Positions 10,324 through 19,286 of a DNA stretch of 64,000 bases are shown here, in pieces; the first letter of the stretch is position 1; each line of letters begins with the position of its first letter. The DNA is from Minisyncoccota bacterium. GTDB taxonomy: Bacteria; Patescibacteriota; Minisyncoccia; UBA6257; GWB1-50-10. The DNA lies in contig JBAZZD010000003.1 in the NCBI GenBank assembly GCA_041659005.1, forward strand, positions 2,650 through 66,649, read 5' to 3'. The notes under the pieces were generated by a model, which saw nothing but the letters and a program-made list of their open reading frames with translations, made no database searches and was not told where the DNA came from. Both the position numbers and the translations under genes were made by a program.

Positions 10324-10809
10324 ATGAAAGTTTCTCTTTTTGTCTCTGTTGTATTGGTCTTGTTTTTTATATTTATCCCATCACTTTCACTTGCTGCGGA
10401 CCCACCTTCAATATTTAGTGGAATTAATATCTGGCAAAACGCCTACTGCGGAAGCACTAGTAGTCCAATTACAAGCACGGAAGGACCAAAAGGTCCGTGC
10501 GGATTCTGCGATGCTATTATCATTGCGTCAAATGTGATGCGATATATGTTCGAACTTGTTTTTTATATTCTTTTTCCTGTGTTCTTTGCTTGGGGCGGGA
10601 TACAGTTTATGATATCCCAAGGAAACCCAAGTAAGATAAAACAGGCAAGACAAATACTTATCAGCACCGTAATAGGATTTGTAATTGCAGCGGCTGCGTG
10701 GCTTATTATTGGCCTTTTGTTTCACTTAATGACGAATCTCTCTAGTACAAGTTCACCAGACCCAAATAGTGTTAACTCAATTAATCCGTGGAATAAAATA
10801 GAATGTTAG
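10324..10809 (+). CDS. VirB2/TrbC-like pilin (CPR type, with Cys-containing N-terminal loop)
   Basis: Signal peptide; TM-GGIQFMISQGNPSKIKQARQIL-TM signature. Confidence 0.8.
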   Translation: MKVSLFVSVVLVLFFIFIPSLSLAADPPSIFSGINIWQNAYCGSTSSPITSTEGPKGPCGFCDAIIIASNVMRYMFELVFYILFPVFFAWGGIQFMISQGNPSKIKQARQILISTVIGFVIAAAAWLIIGLLFHLMTNLSSTSSPDPNSVNSINPWNKIEC

Positions 10810-10828
10810 TCTATATTAATTACATATT

Positions 10829-11149
10829 ATGAAAAAATATATTATCTTCTTTTCCCTTTTCTTTTTCCCATTATTTGTTTTTGCAACAACAACCGTTGAA
10901 TTTCCTAATCTACTCGGCAACGCAACTTTTGGGGGCATTCTTTCAAAGCTCCTAATAATTGCAATGTGGTTTGGGGCAGTGATCCTCACCGGTCTCGTTG
11001 TGTGGTCTGCGTATGTACTTATGTTCTCTAAAGGAGATCCAGCGGAGATAAAAAAGGCAAAAGCAATGTTATTGTACGGCGTTATTGGCTATGTTATACT
11101 TCTTTTTGCAGATGCGATTCGCTTGATTATATTGAATCTTCTCGCATAA
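10829..11149 (+). CDS. VirB2/TrbC-like pilin
   Basis: Signal peptide; TM-SKGDPAEIKKAKAML-TM. Confidence 0.8.
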   Translation: MKKYIIFFSLFFFPLFVFATTTVEFPNLLGNATFGGILSKLLIIAMWFGAVILTGLVVWSAYVLMFSKGDPAEIKKAKAMLLYGVIGYVILLFADAIRLIILNLLA

Positions 11150-11195
11150 AAGGTCGGATACTAACACATATTTGATACAAATCTGTTATATATAT

Positions 11196-11555
11196 ATGAA
11201 TAAAATTTCAAAAGTGGCAGTTGTCGGATTTTCACTCCTTACTCCTGCACTTGTAATGGCACAGGGACCGTTATCATCAGTAGATACTGTTGGTGGATTA
11301 ATTGGAAAGGTAAATAATTTTGTTAAATTGGCCGTTTCAATCCTTTTTGTGCTTGCGTCCATCTTTATTATCATTGCCGCGTTTAAGTATTTGACCGGAA
11401 AAGGAGATCCAGCGGAGATAAAAAAGGCACAAGCCATGATTGTATGGGCAATCGTCGCAATGATTGTAGCACTTTTCGCATGGGCAATTCCTAAAATCGT
11501 CATAAACTTTATCGGAGCAACTGGCGTGAGTACAATAGAGAGTACTTCGTTCTAA
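11196..11555 (+). CDS. VirB2/TrbC-like pilin
   Basis: Signal peptide ending ..VMA-Q; TM-GKGDPAEIKKAQAMI-TM. ATG 11196. Confidence 0.8.
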   Translation: MNKISKVAVVGFSLLTPALVMAQGPLSSVDTVGGLIGKVNNFVKLAVSILFVLASIFIIIAAFKYLTGKGDPAEIKKAQAMIVWAIVAMIVALFAWAIPKIVINFIGATGVSTIESTSF

Positions 11556-11557
11556 GA

Positions 11558-11594
11558 TAAAAAACACTCCTGTAACCGCGGGGGTGTTTTTTAT
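11558..11594 (+). terminator. Terminator after the pilin cluster
   Basis: AAAAAACACTCC...GGGGTGTTTTTT stem plus T-tract. Confidence 0.7.
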
Positions 11595-11738
11595 TGGAAA
11601 AATTCGACCCTGCTTAACAACGAAAACATGAAATACATCTCCTTGTCATTCTGAGGGAGTAAAATAACCAAAGGATCTCAATAAAAGGACTTAGGGTTTG
11701 AAAAGAATATGATTACACACTAAAGTAAACCATGTTAT

Positions 11739-11823
11739 GCCGAGGTGGCGGAATTGGTATACGCGCACGGCTTAGGACCGTGTGGGGCAACCCATAGGAG
11801 TTCAAGTCTCCTCCTCGGCACCA
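11739..11823 (+). tRNA. tRNA-Leu (TAG)
   Basis: Acceptor GCCGAGG/CCTCGGC; anticodon arm CACGG-CTTAGGA-CCGTG; long variable arm TGGG-GCAA-CCCA; encoded CCA. Confidence 0.97.
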
Positions 11824-11825
11824 GA

Positions 11826-13130
11826 ATGGAAAAAAAAACACATTTTATTCTTTATGGAATATTATTGCTAAGCATACTTCTTCATGCGTGGCGGCTTCCA
11901 ATACCAAGTCACGCCATGTTTGATGAGGTACATTACGCGACATACGCAGCTGATTATAGAACGAATACACCGTTTTTTGATGTACATCCTCCGCTTGGAA
12001 AATTTATCTATTCTATTCCACTCATTTTTTTGTCAAAGGAATCCTTAATAGAGTCACCATTTATTGAGCCTTCCCCAAATACACCAGTCGTATACAAGAT
12101 AACAAATCGTTCATTTTCAAGATTCCCATACATTCCACTCCGAATCACAAGCGCGTTTTTTGGAACCTTGTTGGTTCTTTCTGTATTTTTATTTATACGA
12201 GAGCTTACCAAAAGTAATACCATTGCACTACTTTCAGCATTTTTTGTAACACTAGAAAATTCAATTCTTGTTGAAACACGATTTATTTTTCTTGATGGTA
12301 TTTTTCTAACATTTTCGTTTTTAGCGCTGTGGCAATTTTTAAAACAAAAGGATTCTGGGGTCTACTCAGGAATTCTTTGGGGGTGCACACTTGCAACAAA
12401 GCTTGTTGGAATTATCTTTCTTCCATTTATTTTGTTTCAAAAAGTAGATTGGTGGAAAAAATGGAAATTTGTTACAGTAGGATTCTTTACTCTTGGAACT
12501 CTCTGGATCGGAATTCAATTATCTGCATTCCCAACAGATAAATGGTACGAATTTACAAAAATGGTCAATACTGATGTTGCAGAAACAATTCCGCACATTC
12601 CACAAAAATTATCTCTTGTAGATAAATCCGTGTTAAAAAGTTATCTTTTTTTGAATGAAATTTCTTGGTCCACAAATGGATACACCACAATTCAGGCGCA
12701 CAATCCATCAGAAAGCAAGTGGTTTGAGTGGCCATTTATGATCGGATCATTCTGTTATGGCGAACGCGCATTTCCTATCTGCCTAATTGGAAACCCAGCA
12801 TTGTGGGGATTTGGATTTTTAGCAGTTCTGTGGACAATCCTTTATATAGCAATTAAAAAACTGAGAAAACAAAAAGTAAGCACAATAGTAACATCTCTTT
12901 TTTTGGGATACGCATCCGTTCTCCTTCCTTTCGCAATAATTCCTCGTTATAAATTAATTTGGCAATATTTTCCCGCACTTATATTTTCGTTGTGTTTGGC
13001 TGCGTATTGGATTGTTACATACAACAATACATTAGGAAAAAGATATCGCATATTTTCTTATATACTACTCCTATCAATTGTGTGCCTTGGTTTCCTCTCT
13101 GTTTCTCCTACAACATTTGGAATTCGCTAG
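11826..13130 (+). CDS. Lipid-carrier-dependent protein O-mannosyltransferase (PMT / GT39 family)
   Basis: MFDEVHY, FFDVHPPLGK, SRFIFLDG-like, ATKLVG, HNPSESKWFEWP, IGNPALW, YFPA motifs; many TMs. The start is ATG 11826 because the ORF-track start lies inside the tRNA. Confidence 0.85.
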   Translation: MEKKTHFILYGILLLSILLHAWRLPIPSHAMFDEVHYATYAADYRTNTPFFDVHPPLGKFIYSIPLIFLSKESLIESPFIEPSPNTPVVYKITNRSFSRFPYIPLRITSAFFGTLLVLSVFLFIRELTKSNTIALLSAFFVTLENSILVETRFIFLDGIFLTFSFLALWQFLKQKDSGVYSGILWGCTLATKLVGIIFLPFILFQKVDWWKKWKFVTVGFFTLGTLWIGIQLSAFPTDKWYEFTKMVNTDVAETIPHIPQKLSLVDKSVLKSYLFLNEISWSTNGYTTIQAHNPSESKWFEWPFMIGSFCYGERAFPICLIGNPALWGFGFLAVLWTILYIAIKKLRKQKVSTIVTSLFLGYASVLLPFAIIPRYKLIWQYFPALIFSLCLAAYWIVTYNNTLGKRYRIFSYILLLSIVCLGFLSVSPTTFGIR

Positions 13131-14017
13131 GTCTTCTTCCTTTTTCTTCCATGGAATGCCTCATGAACCTCATGAAGCTCTTTATTGGTAAGATGGGTGT
13201 ACATTTGCGTCGTTGAAATGTTTGCATGCCCTAACATTTCTTGAACTGAACGGAGATCGGCTCCGTTTATTAATAGGTCGGTCGCGAATGAATGTCGAAG
13301 CTGATGGGGATGGACCCGTTTTGATATGCCCGCTTTCCGTGCATAAAAATCTACAAGACGTTGCACGGCACGAGGAATAATTCGTCCCGTAACACTTCCT
13401 GATCTTGAAAGTGATATAAATAATGCCTCCTCGGTATCGCCACGTTTATCTAGATACTCTTTTAAATTCTTTTTTGCAGAGTCTGAAATAAATACCACTC
13501 GCAACTTCTCTCCTTTTCCTCGCACTGAAAACTCACCACGACTAATATCAATATATCGACTCAACGAACAAAGTTCAGACACGCGAAGCCCAGTAGAAAA
13601 TAGCATCTCTAAGATTGCTCTGTCACGAAGAATGCGCAAAGATGCTCCTTCGGGAGCATTAAGTAATCGTTCTAGTTCTGCATAATCAAGCACTTCAATA
13701 TCACGCCGTGCGATTTTTGGAAGTTCTATTGTTTCTGGGGGCAATACTTTTATTCCACGTTTAATGCAATATTTCAAAAGATTTCTAATCGCAATAACAT
13801 AATAGCTTTGAGTTACTTTTTTTGTATTTTCACGAGAAAGTTGCACACGGAAACTCCGTACTGAAGTGTCGGTAATATCTGAGATTTTCTTGATCCCTTG
13901 ATCTCGCAAAAATCGAGAAAGATATCGTTCGTAATTTTCTCTTGTTTTAGGTGAACGATTTTTTTCAATTTCTAAATAATCAAGATATTCTTTTACAATT
14001 TTCTCTGCTTCATCCAT
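13127..14017 (-). CDS. Tyrosine recombinase, XerC/XerD family
   Basis: TGLRVSEL, V.GKG.K.R, HQLRHSFAT, LGHANISTTQMY (R-K-H-R-H-Y catalytic set). Confidence 0.95.
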   Translation of the reverse strand: MDEAEKIVKEYLDYLEIEKNRSPKTRENYERYLSRFLRDQGIKKISDITDTSVRSFRVQLSRENTKKVTQSYYVIAIRNLLKYCIKRGIKVLPPETIELPKIARRDIEVLDYAELERLLNAPEGASLRILRDRAILEMLFSTGLRVSELCSLSRYIDISRGEFSVRGKGEKLRVVFISDSAKKNLKEYLDKRGDTEEALFISLSRSGSVTGRIIPRAVQRLVDFYARKAGISKRVHPHQLRHSFATDLLINGADLRSVQEMLGHANISTTQMYTHLTNKELHEVHEAFHGRKRKKT

Positions 14018-14117
14018 CCCGTTAGAAAACTAGCCAATTATTATTTCGACATTTTTCGTAGATTAATTTTATAAACATATTCTGTGTTAGTTCAAAGACA
14101 TATTTGCTTCTAACGGG
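14018..14117. mobile_element. Non-coding inverted-end element abutting the recombinase ATG
   Basis: TCCCGTTAGAA (14017-14027) / TTCTAACGGGA (14108-14118), an 11-bp perfect inverted repeat. Confidence 0.75.
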
Positions 14118-14275
14118 ACAAGTTGTATATATTATATTCTAACTAAAAATATTGTGCGACAAAACAAGTTGAAAACCGATGTATTTTGTTACTTTTTCCT
14201 ATTCCTAATTTTCAAAAATTAAGCAATAAATGAGTTATATTCCCAATAAGTCGCCCTACCTACCACACAAAGTGA

Positions 14276-14333
14276 ATAAATCCCCACTTTTTAGAGACTA
14301 AACCTCTAAAGTCTCCAAAAAGTGGGGATTTAT
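14276..14333. repeat. 24-bp-arm palindrome (MITE/REP-like)
   Basis: ATAAATCCCCACTTTTTAGAGACT ... AGTCTCCAAAAAGTGGGGATTTAT, one mismatch. Confidence 0.75.
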
Positions 14334-14343
14334 GAATGAAAAA

Positions 14344-14372
14344 TTGACTTATTGTGGCTTTCGTAGTAACAT
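14344..14372 (+). promoter_or_regulatory. Sigma70-type promoter of rpsO
   Basis: TTGACT-17 bp-TAACAT, 8 nt before the ATG. Confidence 0.65.
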
Positions 14373-14380
14373 AGCATCAT

Positions 14381-14647
14381 ATGCTTACGAAGAGGAAAAA
14401 GCAGACAGCAATAAAAGATTTTCAGGTACACGATACCGATACCGGTTCAGCAGAAGTACAAATTGGACTTCTTACTAAACAAATTAAAGCACTTGCTGAT
14501 CACCTAAAGAAAAACTCAAAAGATCATCACTCACGGCGTGGACTTCTCATGATGGTAGGAAAGCGACGCAGATTTTTGCAGTATCTTAAGAGAACTGACG
14601 AAAAGAAATATGATAAACTCGCAAAGAAACTCGAACTCGAAGCGTAA
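14381..14647 (+). CDS. rpsO: 30S ribosomal protein S15
   Basis: DTGSAEVQI...HLK...KDHHSRRGLLMMVGKRRRFLQYL. Confidence 0.98.
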   Translation: MLTKRKKQTAIKDFQVHDTDTGSAEVQIGLLTKQIKALADHLKKNSKDHHSRRGLLMMVGKRRRFLQYLKRTDEKKYDKLAKKLELEA

Positions 14648-15203
14648 TACTAGTACAAACACAGAAAATCCCGTATTCCTACATCAAAGAATCGGGATTT
14701 TTATTGATGCTCAAAATATTTACCACTCAGCAAAACACCTGTATCACTCGCGAGTCAATTTTTCTGAATTAGTAAAGTTTCTTACGGGAAATAGAACACT
14801 CGCTCGTGCAGTTGCCTATGTTGCAAAAAGCGATCCTAATACCGGAGAGGAATCATTTTTTGATGCGCTACGAAAATCAGGATTTGAACTCCGAATGAAA
14901 GATCTTCAGATTTTTTCAGATGGAACAAAAAAAGCAGACTGGGATGTTGGAATGGCAGTTGATGCAATCCGCATGGCTCAATCACTTGATGTAATTATAT
15001 TAGTAACTGGCGACGGAGATTTTATTCCACTTGTTGAATATCTCCAGGTCGGATTAGCGAAACGAGTGGAGGTTGCGGGGTTCTCAAAAACAACTTCAGG
15101 ACAATTAAAAGAGGTAGTAGATAGGGTTATTGAACTTGAAAACATTCCAAAAATTTTACTTTCAATACATGCACGGCAACCGAAACGAAAAATAAAGAAA
15201 TAA
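14610..15203 (+). CDS. NYN domain (LabA/DUF88, PIN-like) protein
   Basis: IFIDAQN, KKADWDVGMAVD, LVTGDGDFIPLV motifs; start uncertain. Confidence 0.85.
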   Translation: MINSQRNSNSKRNTSTNTENPVFLHQRIGIFIDAQNIYHSAKHLYHSRVNFSELVKFLTGNRTLARAVAYVAKSDPNTGEESFFDALRKSGFELRMKDLQIFSDGTKKADWDVGMAVDAIRMAQSLDVIILVTGDGDFIPLVEYLQVGLAKRVEVAGFSKTTSGQLKEVVDRVIELENIPKILLSIHARQPKRKIKK

Positions 15204-15251
15204 AAGCGATTTATTCGCTTTTATTTTAACTTTCAAGTATCCTAACATGGT

Positions 15252-17309
15252 ATGAATTTAGAGAAAAAACAGTTTCAAACTACGCTCCAAGGCGCACCCG
15301 TGACGATCGAGGTGTCCCGTCTTGCTGGGCAAGCAAATGCTGCGGTGATCGGTCGCTATGGCGATACCACGGTTCTTGCAACAGTCGTAATGGGAAAAAG
15401 AGATACAACACTTGATTATTTTCCACTCTCAGTTGATTATGAAGAGCGATTTTATGCTGCGGGAAAGATATTAGGAAGTCGTTTTATCCGCAGAGAGGGA
15501 CGACCATCAGACGATGCAATACTTTCTGGGCGACTTATAGACCGAACCATCCGTCCATTATTTAATCCGCGCCTTCGCAGAGAAATTCAAATCACTATTA
15601 CGGTTCTTACATACGACGAAATCCATGACCCGGAAGAAATTGGGCTTCTTTCTGCCTCTACCGCTCTTTTAATTTCTGACATTCCTTGGGATGGTCCAGT
15701 TGCGGGAGTTCGAAGAGAAATAAAAAAAGGAGGCAACGAAAAAACATATACCTCCTTCTTTTCAGGAACAAAAGATTTTATCAACATGGTTGAATTTTCT
15801 GGAAAAGAAATAGATAAGGGAACTCTTAAAACGGTATTTACTGATTCTCACGAGGAAATAAAAAAACTTATTGTATTCCAACAGGAAATTGCGAAAGAAA
15901 TTGCGAAAGAAAAATCAGATGTGCTGATTCCAGAACCAAGCGAGGAAGCAAAAAATATGGTGCGCACATTCCTTCGTGGAAAAATTGAAGAAGCGCTTCG
16001 TTTGCGAAGTGTTGAACAACTAAAAAATGATATGTTTGAACACCTTCATACATTAGAAAATAATGATGAGGCACTCAGATATGGGGAATTTCTTTTTGAG
16101 ACAGAAGTGGATACATTTGTTCACGACTACGCACTGAAAGAAGGGAAGCGCGTAGACGGGAGAGCATTTGATGAAATTCGTGACCTTCTTGCAGACGTGA
16201 AAATTCTTTCGCGCATGCACGGCTCAGGACTTTTCATTCGTGGAGAAACACAGGTGCTCGCCGTTGCAACTCTTGCTTCGCCAGCCCAGGAACAATTGAT
16301 AGAAACAATGGAAGCAACAACGAAGAAACGATTCATGTTGCATTACAATTTTCCAAAATTCTCAACCGGAGAAGTTGGGCGAGCACGCAGCCTAGGACGC
16401 AGAGAAATAGGACATGGTGCGCTTGCCGCAAAAGCCATTGAACAGGTAATTCCATCTAAAGAGGAATTTCCATACACCATCCGTATTGTTGCTGAAACAC
16501 TTTCTTCAAATGGATCATCATCAATGGCATCAACATGTGCCGCAACACTTGCGCTCATGGATGCGGGAGTTCCAATAAAAAAACCAGTTGCGGGGATTGC
16601 AATTGGACTTATGACAGGGGAAAAGGGAGATTACAAAATACTTACCGATATTCAAGGGCCAGAAGATCATTATGGCGATATGGATTTTAAAGTGACTGGA
16701 ACCGATGAAGGTATTACTGCAGTACAAATGGATGTAAAAATCGGTGGTATTAATCCAGAAATTTTTGAAAACGCAATCAACGCGGCAGAAAAAGCGCGAA
16801 CTCAAATTCTTGAAGTAATGAAAAAGGTAATAAGTGCCCCGCGAAAAGAACTTTCTCCATATGCACCACTCATAAAAATGATTTCTATCAATCCAGAGAA
16901 AATTGGAATGATAATTGGTCCAGGTGGAAAAACAATAAATGGAATTATTGCAAAATGTGGAGGAAACATTTCTATTGATATTGACGAAGACGGAACTGTA
17001 TTTGTTTCAGGAAATGATCACGCAGGCGTATTGAAAGGACTTAGTGAGGTAGAATCACTTTCTCACGAGTATAAAATAGGAGAAATTGTTGAAGGTCCGA
17101 TTGTACGCATTCTTGAATTTGGAGCAATTGTTGACCTAGGAGGAGGACGAGATGGAATGATTCATGTTTCTGAACTCAAAGAAGGATTTGTAAAAAAAGT
17201 TGAAGATGTTGTAAAACTTGGTGATAGAATAACTGCAAAAATAATTCGTGCAGAAGAAGGAAAAATTGGTCTTTCAATTAAGGCAATGAAAGATTTACAA
17301 ATAAAATAA
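15252..17309 (+). CDS. pnp: Polyribonucleotide nucleotidyltransferase
   Basis: Two RNase PH domains (RREIGHG, SNGSSSMAS, GDMDFKV) plus KH (IIGPGGK) and S1 domains. Confidence 0.98.
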   Translation: MNLEKKQFQTTLQGAPVTIEVSRLAGQANAAVIGRYGDTTVLATVVMGKRDTTLDYFPLSVDYEERFYAAGKILGSRFIRREGRPSDDAILSGRLIDRTIRPLFNPRLRREIQITITVLTYDEIHDPEEIGLLSASTALLISDIPWDGPVAGVRREIKKGGNEKTYTSFFSGTKDFINMVEFSGKEIDKGTLKTVFTDSHEEIKKLIVFQQEIAKEIAKEKSDVLIPEPSEEAKNMVRTFLRGKIEEALRLRSVEQLKNDMFEHLHTLENNDEALRYGEFLFETEVDTFVHDYALKEGKRVDGRAFDEIRDLLADVKILSRMHGSGLFIRGETQVLAVATLASPAQEQLIETMEATTKKRFMLHYNFPKFSTGEVGRARSLGRREIGHGALAAKAIEQVIPSKEEFPYTIRIVAETLSSNGSSSMASTCAATLALMDAGVPIKKPVAGIAIGLMTGEKGDYKILTDIQGPEDHYGDMDFKVTGTDEGITAVQMDVKIGGINPEIFENAINAAEKARTQILEVMKKVISAPRKELSPYAPLIKMISINPEKIGMIIGPGGKTINGIIAKCGGNISIDIDEDGTVFVSGNDHAGVLKGLSEVESLSHEYKIGEIVEGPIVRILEFGAIVDLGGGRDGMIHVSELKEGFVKKVEDVVKLGDRITAKIIRAEEGKIGLSIKAMKDLQIK

Positions 17310-17321
17310 TGTTTTGCTTCT

Positions 17322-17347
17322 CAATCCCCGCCAGTCGGCGGGGATTG
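17322..17347 (+). terminator. Terminator after pnp
   Basis: CAATCCCCGCC-AGTC-GGCGGGGATTG plus T-rich tail. Confidence 0.8.
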
Positions 17348-17393
17348 TTTATTTTTGGTTGTGGGTTATTGGTTATTTGCTATACTATAAGCA

Positions 17394-18485
17394 ATGGCAG
17401 ACTATCAATTTCCGGGTCAAAATCAATGGTCGGAAAAACCAACAATTGGAACTGGTGAAGGTGAGTCACCGCTCGTGCCCGCGCCGCAAAACGAAATTAC
17501 GATGCGAACTATGGCGTCTGATGCCACATCAATAAAAGAAATGGGGGGCGGCGACCCGCGTCCTTATGTTCCAAACGTTACACCAATTTCACAAACGCAA
17601 CCGGTTCAAAAAGCTCCGGAAATATCAAATCCAGAAATTCAGAAAATAAATTCTCAACAAACCACAGAAATTCCCGTAATTCCAATTTCTCCAAAAAAAG
17701 GTGGGGGCATGTTCATTGTCATTGCCGTCGTCATTATCATTTTAGGATTAGGGGCAATTGGATATTTTTATGTGTATCCTCAATTTATTTCTCAGGGTAA
17801 TACAGAAATAATAACTGAGACTCCGCAGACAAATGAGCCAATAGTACCAGCGGTAATAGAAACAACAACCGAAACAACTTCTACCACATCAACCGTGCCG
17901 GCCATTGAGACTCCTCCAGCCACAGGACTTGTTGGAAGTCATGCCTCTCTGTTCAAAACACCAGCAGATTTTTCTTCAGAAACAACACTTTCGTCAGAAA
18001 CTGTAGCCGCAATAAAAGAAGCGTGGAAGGGAACAACAGTGGAGGTTCCAGTATTCAAAGAAACCGTATTTAAAAATACTACTGGGGCAATTATTGGAGA
18101 ATCAAAACTTATTCCTTTGTTTCTTCCTTCATTTATTACTGCCTCGTCTTCGCTATTATTTGAAGAAGATTTCACGCTGTTTACCTACACCGACCAAAAA
18201 GATGTGTGGCCAGGAATAATTCTTAAAGCCAAAAAGGATTCACTTGTATCAGCAAAAGAGGAATCAAAAAAAATTGAGTCAAATCTAGATTGGCGCTCGT
18301 TATTCATGCTTGACCCAGGAAAAGAACAAACGTGGAAAGATGGCAAGGTGAGTACGACTCCCGCACGCTATATCTCATTTGCAACGAAAGGAAACTCGCT
18401 TAGTTATACGTGGTTTGATGATATACTTCTTATAAGCACAAACTACCAAGGAGCACAGGACGCAGCAAAGAAACTTGGTTTCTAA
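17394..18485 (+). CDS. Hypothetical bitopic membrane protein with Thr-rich linker
   Basis: Pro-rich N-terminus with MRTMASD motif, one TM, TTTETTSTTST linker. Confidence 0.75.
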   Translation: MADYQFPGQNQWSEKPTIGTGEGESPLVPAPQNEITMRTMASDATSIKEMGGGDPRPYVPNVTPISQTQPVQKAPEISNPEIQKINSQQTTEIPVIPISPKKGGGMFIVIAVVIIILGLGAIGYFYVYPQFISQGNTEIITETPQTNEPIVPAVIETTTETTSTTSTVPAIETPPATGLVGSHASLFKTPADFSSETTLSSETVAAIKEAWKGTTVEVPVFKETVFKNTTGAIIGESKLIPLFLPSFITASSSLLFEEDFTLFTYTDQKDVWPGIILKAKKDSLVSAKEESKKIESNLDWRSLFMLDPGKEQTWKDGKVSTTPARYISFATKGNSLSYTWFDDILLISTNYQGAQDAAKKLGF

Positions 18486-18502
18486 CACGAACATATACGA
18501 GT

Positions 18503-19246
18503 ATGCGCAACGCGCAAAAAGAATGGAATCAAATTGCCGCGGAATACGATAAAAAAATCGTACGCGGTGATTTTTTTAGAAAAACAATTCTTGATCCAGC
18601 CCTTATTGGTGAAATGGGTGACGTAAATACACAAAAAATCCTTGATGCTGGTTGCGGGCAGGGATACTTTTCAAAGGTACTTTCTGATCTTGGGGCGCAC
18701 GTAGTCGGAATTGATGTTTCTGATTCGCTTATTACAATAGCGAACGATAGATATAAATCTTCCAACACACTTTCATTTCGTGAGTGTGATATGAATAAAT
18801 CACTTCCTTTCATTGACGACTATTTTGATGCCATCCTCTCAAACATGACGTTTATGGACATTGAGCATCCAGACGTTGCACTCAAAGAATTTGTGCGTGT
18901 AGGGAAAAATGGTGGAAGTATTATTGTCTCGATTCTCCATCCTATATTTACCAGTGGGAAAATATATACTCCTTTTATAGAATATATAAAAAGAAGAGAA
19001 TCATCATTTTTAATAAAACAATATAAAAAGCAGAGATCACTTGAATGGAATATACCTGGAACCACACACGCGACCACTACATTTCATCGTCCATTAGAAT
19101 ATTATATAAATCTCTTTTCTAAAAACATAACGCTCTCACATATGCACGAATTGACACTTCCCAATACACATAAAGAAAATGGTTTTTATAAAATGTTGCA
19201 TACAATTCCAATGTTCTTAATTCTTAAGGGGACTATCAACAAATAG
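18503..19246 (+). CDS. Class I SAM-dependent methyltransferase
   Basis: ILDAGCGQG, VVGIDVS, LPF..DYFDAI motifs. Confidence 0.9.
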   Translation: MRNAQKEWNQIAAEYDKKIVRGDFFRKTILDPALIGEMGDVNTQKILDAGCGQGYFSKVLSDLGAHVVGIDVSDSLITIANDRYKSSNTLSFRECDMNKSLPFIDDYFDAILSNMTFMDIEHPDVALKEFVRVGKNGGSIIVSILHPIFTSGKIYTPFIEYIKRRESSFLIKQYKKQRSLEWNIPGTTHATTTFHRPLEYYINLFSKNITLSHMHELTLPNTHKENGFYKMLHTIPMFLILKGTINK

Positions 19247-19286
19247 TGCATTTGCATTTGGGCGAGATACAAAGTATTTTAAATAT

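Noticed and set aside
11745-11825. ORF-track N-terminal extension of the PMT gene
   Set aside because: It lies inside tRNA-Leu; the real start is ATG 11826.
11739-14017. Prophage or genomic island at tRNA-Leu with an integrase
   Set aside because: No duplicated tRNA-Leu end or phage genes were seen, and the recombinase resembles housekeeping XerC/D.
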